A DNA stretch of 64,000 bases from Candidatus Latescibacterota bacterium (GCA_965248755.1 OZ252149.1:928001-992000), one strand, 5' to 3'; numbered from the stretch's first letter, positions 42,782 through 53,579 are shown. Program-made: numbers and translations. The notes: generated by a model not told the origin, from the letters alone.

Positions 42782-43789
42782 CTACTGTCTGCTTGTCTCC
42801 TCAAATCGTTCGCTCAAGGTCCAGATGGACATCTTATCTGTCCATAGATAGTAGAAACCCAGGATATTGGTAAGGATCCAGTGCAGAAGGTGTATCACCA
42901 CAGCGTAACTTACGGCTAAATTCGGATCTCTTATCCCGGCAAACGAAAGACCCTCTCTACAAAACCAGTGGAACGTCCCTATGAACCCCGGAGCCGACGG
43001 GATTACCACTCCCAAGGTGGTTACCACTTGAACCAACAAGGCGTCAGCGAGTCCCAGATCCATCGAAAAGGAGGACATGACAAAGTAGAAGGAAGCCGCG
43101 GCTGAAGCCCAAAAGCACAGGGAGCAGGCTATCATCAGCCAGAAGTCTTTGGGACTCTTGAAGAGATTCAGATTGCCGATAAACTCGTCGGCCATCTTTG
43201 CGGCCCTTTGGGCGATTTTGGATGATACGGGTCTCAGCAATCTGTCCAATAGATTGATAGTGACCCTCCTGTACTTATACGTTCCCCATATCCCTCCTAT
43301 CAAGAGAAGATTCATAAAAAGCAGGCTCAAACCCCATTCTCTTATAACGTCAGAACTCCGAAAAGCGAGCGATCTGTAAAAGACCAGACATCCCCCCAAA
43401 AGGAAGAGCAATATGGTCACATCTGTCACCCTTTCCACAAAGACAGTGGAAAAGGCGGACGAACCGCTTAAATTCTCTTTTCTCCCCACAAGGTAGGCTC
43501 TTCCGAATTCACCTGCCCTGGCAGGAAGTATATTGTTCAACATAAGTCCCACAGACAGAATCGGAAAGAGACGACCTGTCGGAATATCCTTAAGACCTAA
43601 CAGAAGATACCGCCATCTGAGCGCCCTGAAGTATACGGACGAAAGAAAGAAGACAGTGCTCGGGATCAGAAAACCTGCTCTGATGTCCTTTACTATCTCA
43701 AATCCTCTCACCAGATCCACATCCCTGAATGCCTGCCACAAAAGTATGCCGCTTACAACTATCCCTAAGTAAACCGACCATTTTTTCAT
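42782..43789 (-). CDS. Lysylphosphatidylglycerol synthase TM/flippase-like (UPF0104) protein
   Basis: RA.RW..LL, NNILPARAGE..R, ER..D, PSAPG..G. Confidence 0.88.
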   Translation of the reverse strand: MKKWSVYLGIVVSGILLWQAFRDVDLVRGFEIVKDIRAGFLIPSTVFFLSSVYFRALRWRYLLLGLKDIPTGRLFPILSVGLMLNNILPARAGEFGRAYLVGRKENLSGSSAFSTVFVERVTDVTILLFLLGGCLVFYRSLAFRSSDVIREWGLSLLFMNLLLIGGIWGTYKYRRVTINLLDRLLRPVSSKIAQRAAKMADEFIGNLNLFKSPKDFWLMIACSLCFWASAAASFYFVMSSFSMDLGLADALLVQVVTTLGVVIPSAPGFIGTFHWFCREGLSFAGIRDPNLAVSYAVVIHLLHWILTNILGFYYLWTDKMSIWTLSERFEETSRQ

Positions 43790-44493
43790 ATACCCTTGAA
43801 AATCCCGTGCTTGAATATAGTATATAGAATCTTCGCCCCCGCCAGAATCGTCCCTTTGAAGGTTCCAGTTATCTTGGAGGTTCCAACTCTCTTTCGATAG
43901 CTTACGGGGATCTCCTCCACCCTAAGTCCCATCTTTGCCGCTTTGATCTGCATCTCCACAGTCCATCCGAAGCTCTTATCCTCCATGTTCATAGCCATAA
44001 GATCTCTATACGAAATGGCCCTAAAGGGTCCTAAATCCGTATATCTCGTTCCGAAAAAGATTCCGATTAAAAGGGAGGATAAGGCGTTACCGAATCGGGC
44101 TTGAGGCAAGAGAGCGCCCTTTTCTCTTTTGCCCAAAACTCTTGAACCTATCACCATCTCGGCTCTGCCGGACAGAATGGGCTCGACTACCTTTGTCATC
44201 TCATCAGGATAGTCGCTGTAGTCCGCATCTATAAACACCACCACATCCGGCGATTCTAAAGCCGCTATCCCCGCAAGACACGCATATCCGTATCCTCTCT
44301 TTTCCTCATAGACCACCTTAGGTCCCATACGCTCTGCTACCCGGGCCGTGTCGTCTCTCGATCCGTTGTCCACTACCACAATCTCATCCGCCAGCCCATC
44401 GGGAATATCGCCCAGGACCTTCCCAATGGAATCCGCCTCGTCTAAGGCCGGAATGACGACAGATATTCTATGTTTTCGGCGACTGATGGACAA
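43786..44493 (-). CDS. GT2 glycosyltransferase (polyprenol-P-mannose synthase-like)
   Basis: VVIPALDE, VDNGSRD, GYG.A, DADYSD, GSR, DLGPFRAI. Confidence 0.92.
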   Translation of the reverse strand: MSISRRKHRISVVIPALDEADSIGKVLGDIPDGLADEIVVVDNGSRDDTARVAERMGPKVVYEEKRGYGYACLAGIAALESPDVVVFIDADYSDYPDEMTKVVEPILSGRAEMVIGSRVLGKREKGALLPQARFGNALSSLLIGIFFGTRYTDLGPFRAISYRDLMAMNMEDKSFGWTVEMQIKAAKMGLRVEEIPVSYRKRVGTSKITGTFKGTILAGAKILYTIFKHGIFKGI

Positions 44494-44619
44494 CTTCTCC
44501 GCTGCTGCAAAGGCTCAGGTAAGACACAAAGACGCTAACTCTAATATCTTTGCGCCGTGGTGCTTTAATGGCTGAAGAGTCTTAGGCTCTGCCTTTCCCT
44601 GTCTGCTGAATACTTTCTA

Positions 44620-45384
44620 CTAGCTTGTCCTGATGTCTGAGACAATTCTCTTACAGGCGTTGAGGAATATAGCCGTATCCACAGAGATAGATACGTATTG
44701 TATTCCTGCATCTATCCACATCTTGGCGGACTCAACGTCGTCTGCGAAGGTTCCCACCGCCATCTTGGCATCCCGAATCTTTGAGACTGCCTCTTTCATA
44801 TGGTTTATTACTCTGGGATCTTTCACCTGTCCTGGTATTCCGAGAGACTGAGACAGATCATATGGGCCTAAGAAGACGACGTCTATATCGGATACAGTAA
44901 TTATGTCAGCCAGATTTTCTATGCCCTTTATCCCCTCCACGTGGATTACCGTCATCGTCTCTTCGTTCAACTCATCCGTAATCTTCGTACCCCGCGCTGA
45001 GTAATCAGTAGCCCGGACGTAGGGAGAGAGCCCGCGCTCGCCCGATGGGCGATATTTGGCGGCCCTTGAAGCGGCTTGGGCGTCCTCTTTGCTCTCTATC
45101 TGAGGGATCTGAACGCCCGCTGAACCGATATCGAGGGCTCTTAATATCTGAGGTGGATCGTTCTTCCTGACTCGAATTATGGGAGCAAGGCCTGAAACAT
45201 CCGCAGCGCGGCACATGTCCTCCACTAAACGAGCATCCAGCGGGCCGTGCTCCATATCCAGAATAGCAAAGTCGAACCCAGCGTATCCAATTATCTCCAC
45301 CGTGCCCGGATAGGCCCCCGCTACAAATGGCCCAAGAACGACCTTTCCGTCTTTCAGCATCTTTTTGACTCTGTTTTCTTTCAT
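44620..45384 (-). CDS. HpcH/HpaI aldolase family
   Basis: DMEHG, ALD.G..G, P.G.RG, FLGPYDLS; start MKENRV. Confidence 0.92.
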   Translation of the reverse strand: MKENRVKKMLKDGKVVLGPFVAGAYPGTVEIIGYAGFDFAILDMEHGPLDARLVEDMCRAADVSGLAPIIRVRKNDPPQILRALDIGSAGVQIPQIESKEDAQAASRAAKYRPSGERGLSPYVRATDYSARGTKITDELNEETMTVIHVEGIKGIENLADIITVSDIDVVFLGPYDLSQSLGIPGQVKDPRVINHMKEAVSKIRDAKMAVGTFADDVESAKMWIDAGIQYVSISVDTAIFLNACKRIVSDIRTS

Positions 45385-45891
45385 AGCCGCCTCACAAGGG
45401 TTATAAAGACAAGTAGCAAGAGTACCACTCTCCCATCCCTTGTCCCCGATTGATTCTATTGGAGATTGGGGGTCGGGTTGGCGAAGCAATCTCACTTAGA
45501 CTGCCTCTCTCTCTGCTGTCCACATTTTTCGTTTAGGCTTCGTCTATCTCCTTATGGACTTGGCCAATTTAGCACACTGGATGCCATCTGTCAAGCTAAA
45601 TGCGGCTAGAACCTGCTTTGGGATCATAGCATTGGCTCTTGTTAAATTCGAGCGTTCAAAAAACTGTTGACTTATCAAACTTTACTCTGTAATTTTCAAG
45701 ATATAAATAGTGGGTGCAGACACGCGTTTCTGACCTCAAAACCTGGGCAAACCCCTGCGTGGTTTGTTGCCGACTCTCGTCCAACCTACCCACTGCTTGG
45801 CCTGCTGCGCCATCGTCTTCTCAACTGCCACACGGGTTCGCCCCTACATTCTGGTATTACAAATGGAAAACACACAAACAATGGAGATTAG

Positions 45892-46665
45892 ATGTCTTCC
45901 AGATGGGATCTTAAAAATATAACCTTCAAGGTTGTCCAGGAAAAGAAATACAGGGTCGCAGTTTTGCCTGTGGGATCCACGGAGCCTCACGGCTTTCACC
46001 TTCCTTACGGCACAGATACTATAGAAAGCGAAGGGATCGCCAAGAGAATATGTCAAGAGGCTGAGGCTAGAGGAGCTAATGTCGTTCTCCTTCCCTCGAT
46101 CCCTTACGGGGTGGACTCCAATATGATGGAATTCCCAATGACAATAAATGTGCATCAATCGACGCTGAACACTCTAATTGGGGATATAGTCAGGTCGTTA
46201 GATTACCATAAAGTTCCGAATTTAGTAATATTAAACGGTCACGGTGGAAACGAGTTTCGCCCCCTTTTGAGGGAACTTTCCAATGAGACTGATGTATTCA
46301 TATCCTCGGTCGATTGGTGGAAGGTGGGACAGGACGTGTACCATGGGATATTTGAAGAAGGCGGCGAACACGCCCACGAAATGGAAGCCGCTGTCACCCT
46401 GGCTTTGTGTGAAGAAGTGGTTCACATGGAGGACGCTGGCGATGGTAAAGTGAGAAAGAGCCGCTTTGAAGCTGTAGATAAGGGGTGGGCAGTGATAACC
46501 CGGCCGTGGCACCTTCTGACCGATGATTCTACCTTCGGGAACCCTAAAAAGGCGACTGTTGAGAAGGGGGAGAGATATATAGAGATTATAGTCGAAAGGA
46601 TCAGTAAGTATATAAGGCAACTTTCGGATTCACAAAGGGATGAAACGTTTCCGTTTCTGTCCTGA
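45892..46665 (+). CDS. Creatininase-family amidohydrolase
   Basis: GSTEPHG.HLP..TD, NGHGGN, EHA.EME. Confidence 0.92.
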   Translation: MSSRWDLKNITFKVVQEKKYRVAVLPVGSTEPHGFHLPYGTDTIESEGIAKRICQEAEARGANVVLLPSIPYGVDSNMMEFPMTINVHQSTLNTLIGDIVRSLDYHKVPNLVILNGHGGNEFRPLLRELSNETDVFISSVDWWKVGQDVYHGIFEEGGEHAHEMEAAVTLALCEEVVHMEDAGDGKVRKSRFEAVDKGWAVITRPWHLLTDDSTFGNPKKATVEKGERYIEIIVERISKYIRQLSDSQRDETFPFLS

Positions 46666-46688
46666 ACATTCATCTATGCGAGGAGAAT

Positions 46689-47147
46689 ATGGACGAAGCG
46701 AAGGTAGGCATAGTAATGGGCAGCAGGTCGGATGAGGAGGCAATGTCGGCTGCCGCGAAGACGTTAGAAAAGTTCAATATACCGTACGAGATCGTAGTTA
46801 CATCGTCCCACAGAAATCCTGAACGGACGGCCCAATATGGATTGTCCGCCGAATCGAGAGGACTTAAGGTTATAATAGCTGGAGCAGGTCTTTCGGCGGG
46901 GCTGCCCGGAACCCTTGCGGCCAATACCTTAATTCCGGTCATAGGAGTCCCCATAGACGTAGGTCCCCTCTCTGGAGCGGATGCCCTCTATGCCATAGTG
47001 CAGATGCCCAGAGGAGTCCCTGTAGCGACAGTAGGTATAGGAAACTCCGCAAACGCAGCGATATTAGCCGCCCAGATCATAGCCCTCTCCAACGAAGGGG
47101 TGAGGAAAAAGCTTTTGGAGTACAGGGCAGAGATGTCCGAAAAGTAG
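46689..47147 (+). CDS. purE: N5-CAIR mutase
   Basis: MGS.SD, S.HR.P, IAGAG, PVIGVP, VQMP.GVPVATV. Confidence 0.96.
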   Translation: MDEAKVGIVMGSRSDEEAMSAAAKTLEKFNIPYEIVVTSSHRNPERTAQYGLSAESRGLKVIIAGAGLSAGLPGTLAANTLIPVIGVPIDVGPLSGADALYAIVQMPRGVPVATVGIGNSANAAILAAQIIALSNEGVRKKLLEYRAEMSEK

Positions 47148-47822
47148 GTGTATGACGTGACTAGCCGATTTACCTATTTCCAACGGGAAGGACGCGATAC
47201 TCCCACAATTAGAGTCGATCCCAGAGATCCCGACAAGGAACTTCTGGAGAGAGCTGCGCACACAGTAAGATCAGGCGGAGTCATAGCATATCCCACGGAG
47301 ACCGTCTATGGCCTGGGCGCTGACCCTTTCAATATCCCTGCTATTGAGAGAATCTTTGGAATCAAAGGTAGATCTCCCGAAAAAGCTATCAGCATACTCG
47401 TCCCGCACCGGGATATGCTCCCAGATCTCTGCGAAGAAATCCCATCCGATATAGCAAAACTTATCGACAAATTCTGGCCTGGACCCTTGACTGTTGTGTT
47501 TAGAGCCAAAAACTCTCTACCGAAGGAACTCTTGGCAGGCGGGGATTCTGTAGCCGTCAGATTGTCCAGCAATCCCTTAGTTGAAGCCCTGATGAAGAAA
47601 CTTCAATCCCCGATCACATCTACAAGTGCCAACATCTCAGGCTATCCTGCGTCTAGATCAGCCTCGGACGTTGCCGGTCAATTCAAAGACAAAATCGACC
47701 TGATAATAGATGGAGGGATCAGCCCAAGCTCAAAGCCATCAACAGTGATTGCCTTTTTGGAAGGAAAGGTCCAAATTCTCAGGGAAGGTGCTGTGACGGC
47801 AGATGAAATTAAATCTGTATAA
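47148..47822 (+). CDS. tsaC: L-threonylcarbamoyladenylate synthase (YrdC/Sua5)
   Basis: PTETVYGL, KGR, WPGPLT, STSAN.SG; start uncertain. Confidence 0.93.
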   Translation: MYDVTSRFTYFQREGRDTPTIRVDPRDPDKELLERAAHTVRSGGVIAYPTETVYGLGADPFNIPAIERIFGIKGRSPEKAISILVPHRDMLPDLCEEIPSDIAKLIDKFWPGPLTVVFRAKNSLPKELLAGGDSVAVRLSSNPLVEALMKKLQSPITSTSANISGYPASRSASDVAGQFKDKIDLIIDGGISPSSKPSTVIAFLEGKVQILREGAVTADEIKSV

Positions 47823-47878
47823 AGATGAGAAGCAAATAAATCGTAAAAACGGACATTGGAAGTGAAGATGTAAGACGC

Positions 47879-48079
47879 AAAGCTAAAAGAAAGGCTCCCA
47901 AAATTGTTCTGCGGGACGGCAAGCCAGCAGCAGTAATCCTGGATATTGATGAGTACCGGGGAATGTTAGATCGGATAGAAGATGTGGAAGACCTGGAGAT
48001 GTTGGGGGAGATGAGAAAGAAGTCCCTTCCGTTCAGGAGGTTAGAGGACTTCCTAAAGGAATATAGTCCGAGTGTATGA
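47879..48079 (+). pseudogene. Phd/YefM-like antitoxin lacking canonical start codon
   Basis: KIVLRDGKPAAVILDIDEY..ML.RIED.ED; overlaps RelE start; no in-frame ATG/GTG/TTG after stop at 47837. Confidence 0.7.
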
Positions 48080-48326
48080 GGTCTATCTTGAGCGCGCGGC
48101 TGAACGGGACCTCAGGCGGCTTTCAGCAGAGCAGTTTTACCGCATCATTTCCGAAATTCAGACTTTAGCCAAAGACCCACGTCCTGCTGGATGTCGTAAA
48201 ATCACCAGCTCAAAGAGTGATTGGCGGATTCGGATTGGGGAGCATCGAGTCATCTATGAGCTTGATGAGCAGGCAAGGGTGGAAAGGGTGATGCGGGTCA
48301 GACATCGGCGAGAGGCATATCGATAG
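48072..48326 (+). CDS. RelE/ParE-family toxin
   Basis: A.RDL..L, DPRP.G..K, WRIRIG.HRVIY, V.HRREAY. Confidence 0.9.
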   Translation: MYEVYLERAAERDLRRLSAEQFYRIISEIQTLAKDPRPAGCRKITSSKSDWRIRIGEHRVIYELDEQARVERVMRVRHRREAYR

Positions 48327-48372
48327 AAAATGGCACTTATTGAGATAGACCAAAAAGTTAAACAAGCCATCC

Positions 48373-48534
48373 AGATCAGCCTCGGACGTTTCCGGTTAAT
48401 TCGAAGATAAAATAGACCTGATAAAAGATGGAGGGATCAGCCCAAGCTCAAAGCCATCCACAGTGATTGTCCTTTGGGACGGAAAGGCCCAAATTCTCAG
48501 GGCAGGTGCTGTAAGAGCATATGAGATTAAATCT
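48373..48534 (+). pseudogene. Diverged duplicate of tsaC 3' end
   Basis: 162 bp colinear with 47655-47816, about 18 mismatches by hand count, in-frame TAA. Confidence 0.9.
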
Positions 48535-48655
48535 TGCATCGCCCTATAGCTTTCTTATGTTCTCGCCCAGAATCTCCTTTTTTCCTCATACGAAAGTTTA
48601 GCGTAATATGTTCTGTTAAGCGCCATTGCAGCGTTGGAGAAAGAGGAAAACGACT

Positions 48656-49459
48656 ATGCCTGAGCTGATAGACCGAAACTACCTGCTGACAGATCAGTAT
48701 AAGGGAGCGTCGAATCTCAATGCGCGGTTTCAGCTTCATGAACGCTTCAGCACAAATAAGTACGGTTGGCACCCGCGGGTCTTTGATCAGTTCAATCTAT
48801 CTTCAAAGAGCTGCATCCTTGAATTAGGCTGTGGACCCGGCCTTTTATGGCTCACGAATAACGACCGCGTTCCTGAGGGCTGGTATATTACTCTGTCAGA
48901 TTTATCGAGGGGAATGTTGCAGGAGGCCCGACAAAACCTTCGCGAGGGCCATCGGCATTTCAAATTTTCAGTGGTTGATGCCCAGTCGATCCCTTTTGAG
49001 AATAAAACCTTTTACACCGTTATTGCCAATCATATGCTCTATCATGTGCCGGATAGGATGAAGGCATTTTCGGAGATCCGTCGGGTCTTGAAAACCGCTG
49101 GACGCTTCTATGCAGCGACAAATGGTCGGGACAGCAACCGAGAGCTTCGAGAATTGGTAGAGAAAGTTGATCCGAACGCCTAAAGGGCCATTGACAACTC
49201 TGAGATGTTCATCCTTGAGAATAGTTGCACTGAGCTCTCCCGATGGTTTTCAAAAGTCACACTACGTCGATATAAGGACGTTCTTGTCGTTACAGATGCT
49301 GAGCCTCTGGTTGCTTATGTCCAGTCGGGAAAGTTTCTTGTTGATAGCAAGTTAATAGAATTTAGAAGACACGTAGAAAAGGAAATAAAATTACACGGCG
49401 CCGTTCGTATCACCAAAGCTCCTGGTATCTTTGAGGCCTGTCGGGACGATAGTGCTTAA
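48656..49459 (+). pseudogene. Class I SAM methyltransferase split by in-frame TAA
   Basis: ILELGCGPG, DLS.GM, ANHMLYHVPD; 49205-49459 continues in frame. Confidence 0.82.
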
Positions 49460-50226
49460 AACGAAGCATCGTCGAATGTGCCAGCCATAGGATACTAGAT
49501 ACGTCCTTTCTACTTCACGCACCCCAAGCTTCTCAGATATTCGACGGACTTTGCGACCCTCACCTACGTCTGTGGGTGCGTGAGTAGCAATATCACATCC
49601 GAAGCTATATGTCGAGCGAAACGAATGGCTACAACGACAGAATATGTCGTAATTCTATCAAGGAGTAGGTTTTCTGTTTCCCCTCGAATTCCTTCCGTTG
49701 GTTGTTCGCCAGATGTAAATACCGTTGGCTATAAGCAGGACTAATCCGAGGGCAGTAACATCGTAGACATAGGTAAACCATTCTCCGAAGAAATATCCCG
49801 TATGAATCGAATGTACCACATCCCAGAGCCCATTTGATTCATCCTCCTTTTCCAACCATCGCCAGGTTTGGCCTCCATTTGAACTCGACAAAGCGCCCTG
49901 AGATGTATTCAACCAAATCGTCCCTTGGGGGCCTAAAGCCAGACTTCTAATCTGAATTCCTTCTGCAGCCGGTACAAAGGGCAGATTTAGATGCTCCCAT
50001 ATCCTCCCGCCGTCATACGACCGTATCGTTCCGAAATCTTTTATAGCCACGTAGACTGTATTTGTCTGATCCGGTGCAAAGGTTACGTCCACTACATTTT
50101 CAGATGGAAGCAGCATGGGAACTTCATTCCAGCTTTCGCCGCCGTCCGGGGACAGGTACAATCCCATGTTAGTACCTTTGAACAACCTTGTGTGATCTGT
50201 ACTGCTTCCCAGGAAAGCGACACCAA

Positions 50227-51090
50227 TTAAGCAACCTGGGGTAGTAGATAAAATTGTTTTCTCCACTCTTTTGGGGTCTTATATCCCAGGGATGAATGAA
50301 GCCTGTTCTTGTTGTAATTATCGATCCACTGAGATATGATCTTCTCAGCCTGTTCAAAGGATTCAAACTTGTGAAGCCAAACACACTCTTGCTTGAGGGT
50401 CCTGAAAAAACGCTCTACAACACCGTTCCAATCGGGTTTACCACTTGGTATGTATTCCTGACGAATTCCCCAATATTCGGTACTGGCCAAATAGGCCCGA
50501 GCCAAAAAGATGGAACCATTGTCAGAGCGCAAAGTGAGACCCTGGGGGACAGCCTCCTTGGAAGTGTATCGAGAGATCACGGCCCGATCCAGGGCATCTG
50601 TGGCCTCCAGTGCCCTCCCTTTTCGACTAAAACGATACCCAGGAACCTCCCGGCTTCCGTTGTCCACCACCGCAATAAGAGGACACCAACCATCTTTTCC
50701 ACAGTAAATCTTTGTCAAGTCACTCGACCACAAACTGTCGGGACTATCCACCACAGAACGCTTCTGGGCAACCTGTGGCCCCTTTCTCCCGGGACGATTC
50801 CACAGCTTACACTGCCACCCCTTAAGCTTCATTATCCTATGAACCTTCTTAACGTTGACACATTCCCCTTCCTTGAAACGAAGATGCGCCCAAACCCGCC
50901 TGTGACCAAATGCCTCTTCTTGGTCCAGTATCCCTCGAATACGAAAAGCAAGCTCCTCATCTATCACAGGCTCTTTAACAGAAGAACTGACACCTCTATC
51001 CCTAAACCTATACAGAGTCGAACGATGCAAACCCAAAGCCAAAGCTACCACCTTGCGGGAATAGCCTCGACCCAAAAACCGCCCACTCAA
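50227..51090 (-). CDS. IS3 transposase OrfB (DDE)
   Basis: Near-identical to 40428-41291 product. Confidence 0.92.
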   Translation of the reverse strand: MSGRFLGRGYSRKVVALALGLHRSTLYRFRDRGVSSSVKEPVIDEELAFRIRGILDQEEAFGHRRVWAHLRFKEGECVNVKKVHRIMKLKGWQCKLWNRPGRKGPQVAQKRSVVDSPDSLWSSDLTKIYCGKDGWCPLIAVVDNGSREVPGYRFSRKGRALEATDALDRAVISRYTSKEAVPQGLTLRSDNGSIFLARAYLASTEYWGIRQEYIPSGKPDWNGVVERFFRTLKQECVWLHKFESFEQAEKIISQWIDNYNKNRLHSSLGYKTPKEWRKQFYLLPQVA

Positions 51091-51416
51091 GGCAACCGCT
51101 TCGTTTTTTTTAGACGGGCTACCTCTTCGAGTATCTCCAACTGGAGCGTCAACTGCCCTACCTTGCGCTCCAACCGGCTAACCTCTCGCTCCTTCGGATC
51201 CTTGCGACCACGCCGAGACTTCAGACTCTCCTGGCCCCCTTCTAAGAAACTATCACGCCAAGCATACGCCTGCGACTGGCTAATTCCATTCTTACGACAC
51301 ACCTCAGATAGATCTGCTCCTCTCAAAAGAGCCAACACAATCTCTCCCTTACGGGTCGCCGTCCAGCGCTTACCATCTTTCACTTCGGGGCTCGACACCT
51401 TGACCTCCCTTCTCAA
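51087..51416 (-). CDS. IS3 transposase OrfA
   Basis: Near-identical to 40102-40431 product. Confidence 0.88.
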   Translation of the reverse strand: MRREVKVSSPEVKDGKRWTATRKGEIVLALLRGADLSEVCRKNGISQSQAYAWRDSFLEGGQESLKSRRGRKDPKEREVSRLERKVGQLTLQLEILEEVARLKKTKRLP

Positions 51417-51670
51417 ACCCCAATTTGCGAAATATTTGTCGCTCTGTCAAGGGGAGCGGTATGGATCTTCAGGGTCCACAGCTATCGAAAGAGTCTTCTC
51501 GGCTGCGCCTCCCAAGAGTCCAGGATAGTGCAAAAGTAACCCGCTTACAGAAACCAGGAATACGAAGACAGCGCTTGAGGCTCCTATATACCGGAACCTG
51601 CTTGGTTATATCCTTACGTCTCTTTATAGCTCCATTAGATTTGTTGACAAGAGTGCCTCTCTTGGTCGGT

Positions 51671-52317
51671 TTATCTATTCTTACTTGCGCCATTTCCCTC
51701 CCTCATATAGAGTTCGTCTATCAGGGTCAAGACCCTCTTGGTGCCAGCAATCACAGCCCTAACAGATAGAGTAGCCCCTGTGATATTGATAATATCCCTG
51801 TTCATTCTGATTTTGCTATGAGAACTTTTTCCGAAAAATTGGTGCAAAAAACGCTTTCTTTTAACTTCTCCTCCGCTCTATTCTCTATACACTAGAATAG
51901 CCATATTCGCTATTTTCCCTTCGGGATCGACCTTGACTATAAAGGTGATGGGTCTGTACATACCTATCTGGTTCGCTATCATCGAATAGCCGGCGATCTT
52001 CCCTTTGCTCCATCCGATAGAGACCTTGAACCGGTTCTGTTCCAATCTCCATCCCAAACGTCCCTCTATCTCCTTCTTCTCCTCATCGCTCAAAATATGT
52101 ATTCGAGAGAGACGCTGTCGGTGTTCGGAAACATCTTACTTAAGGCCTCCTCCTCGGTCAGATAGACCTGGATAGAACCTATCTCCTCCTCGCTCGGTCT
52201 TTCCTCTTGAGCGTAAGCAGATCCCCATGGAAAGCTCAATATCACAACGCACAGGAAAATTCTGATTGCTTCTGTTGGCTCGCAATGACATTGCTTACAG
52301 ATTCTGATCTCCTCCAC
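51671..52317 (-). pseudogene. Exported FMN-binding domain protein, two frameshifts
   Basis: VYLTEEEAL / IG..RPITF.V.V...GKI..ILVYRE / RGGEV..RFL.QF..DIINITGATLS flavinylation motif. Confidence 0.8.
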
Positions 52318-52323
52318 ATTTAT

Positions 52324-53525
52324 CTAAAAATAGGAAGCTATCGAGAAAAAGAAGCGGTTCTTCGGCTCGCTCCGAGTGCTAATATTTTCGCCCCTCTCCC
52401 AATTGAACTGCCAGTCTATCTTGAAGACAGAATCTTCCACAGGTCTAAAATTTAAGCCCAATGTCAGTCGTTCCTCATCATCGCCCTCTATATCCGCATC
52501 GAAATCTACGGAGTCCCATCTGACCACGCCTGTAGATACAGAGCCGGGCAAGATGACGTCGTGTAGAAAATGATAGCTTCCCTGAAGGTAATATCCTTGC
52601 TGAGACCCTGCGGCGTTCGGTAAATCAGCCTTTCTATATCTATCTCCGCTCTTGCATACTCGCCCAGAAGGTCTAAGGCTCCTCTGGTATATGCTCCGTC
52701 CAGAGCGAAAATCGTCAGATTGTGTTTGCCCTCGTCGTCGTAATCCCCCGTATGAACAGATGCTCCCAAATCTATGCCCAATTTCGGACTCAAGTTCACC
52801 CTTGCTGCAATCGCCTTATCCTCGTTGTTATCGTTTTTTTGACTCCCTCTTCCGCTCCTGATCCTGATATCACCGTCCCTTATAATCCCGTTATTGAAGC
52901 CGTTCACCACATATATCTCATAGCCCAAAAGTGAAAGATCAGTCGGATAGAGCGTCCCGTAGATACCCATGCCCGATTCGCTCAGGCTCGTGGGGATAAT
53001 CTGTCTGTCGACCATAGGTCTGTCCGTAAGATCGTTTATTGGGCTGTCGTGTATGAGATTAAATTTCCCAAGCGGGGACAATATGACTCCGCCGCGGATG
53101 TTCAACCATTCGTCTATCAGAAAGTCGAAGGTAGCAAACTCCAGCTTTATCTCGCCGTCTGTATCCCCTTTTCCCTTTACCAATCCTCCGTGCTCGTACT
53201 CTATCTCTGCGGATATGTGGATGCGGTCTGTAACCTCTGAGTAGATAAAGGGGAGAAACCTGTGCTGATCGAAGGTCTTATCCCCGTCTTCGGCCCACTC
53301 CAATTCGTGGTCCATGTATCCCCCTAGCACAGTAGCCCTTCCGGCTCGCCGTATATAGGGCTTGTCGTATATCCCCCCTGGCACTGACAGACGTGGCTTT
53401 TCAACCTCCTCCGCCCATATCGCTCCGCTGCAAGCAACAAATATGAATACTGCAGCAGACACCACCCACCACCTTGAAAGCATTTCGATATCCCCCTCTT
53501 GTTTTTTGTTGTTACAGAGAGTCAT
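52324..53525 (-). pseudogene. Outer-membrane porin-like beta-barrel with one frameshift near 52630
   Basis: Signal peptide, EIEYEHG, LEFA..D; C-half resumes QQGYYLQGSY..LGLNFRP..FK, terminal YF. Confidence 0.75.
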
Positions 53526-53579
53526 TATCCATAGATTAAGAGTGATCCAGGAACTCCACTCGTAAAAAGGGCAAGTACT

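Larger units (their letters stand above)
50198..51463 (-). mobile_element. IS3-family insertion sequence, copy 2
   Basis: Homologous to 40055-41321; 4-bp TSD gatc. Confidence 0.93.
49658..51693 (-). pseudogene. PepSY-TM / BNR-propeller membrane protein interrupted by IS3
   Basis: Rejoined RYIG..SAVF..LVSVSGLLLH..VDPEDHTRLF, S.DGG..W repeats, HSIHTG.FFG; also N-terminal frameshift. Confidence 0.75.

Noticed and set aside
45705..45850. ncRNA (6S-like) upstream of creatininase
   Set aside because: Better explained as degenerate GTAG-REP copies.
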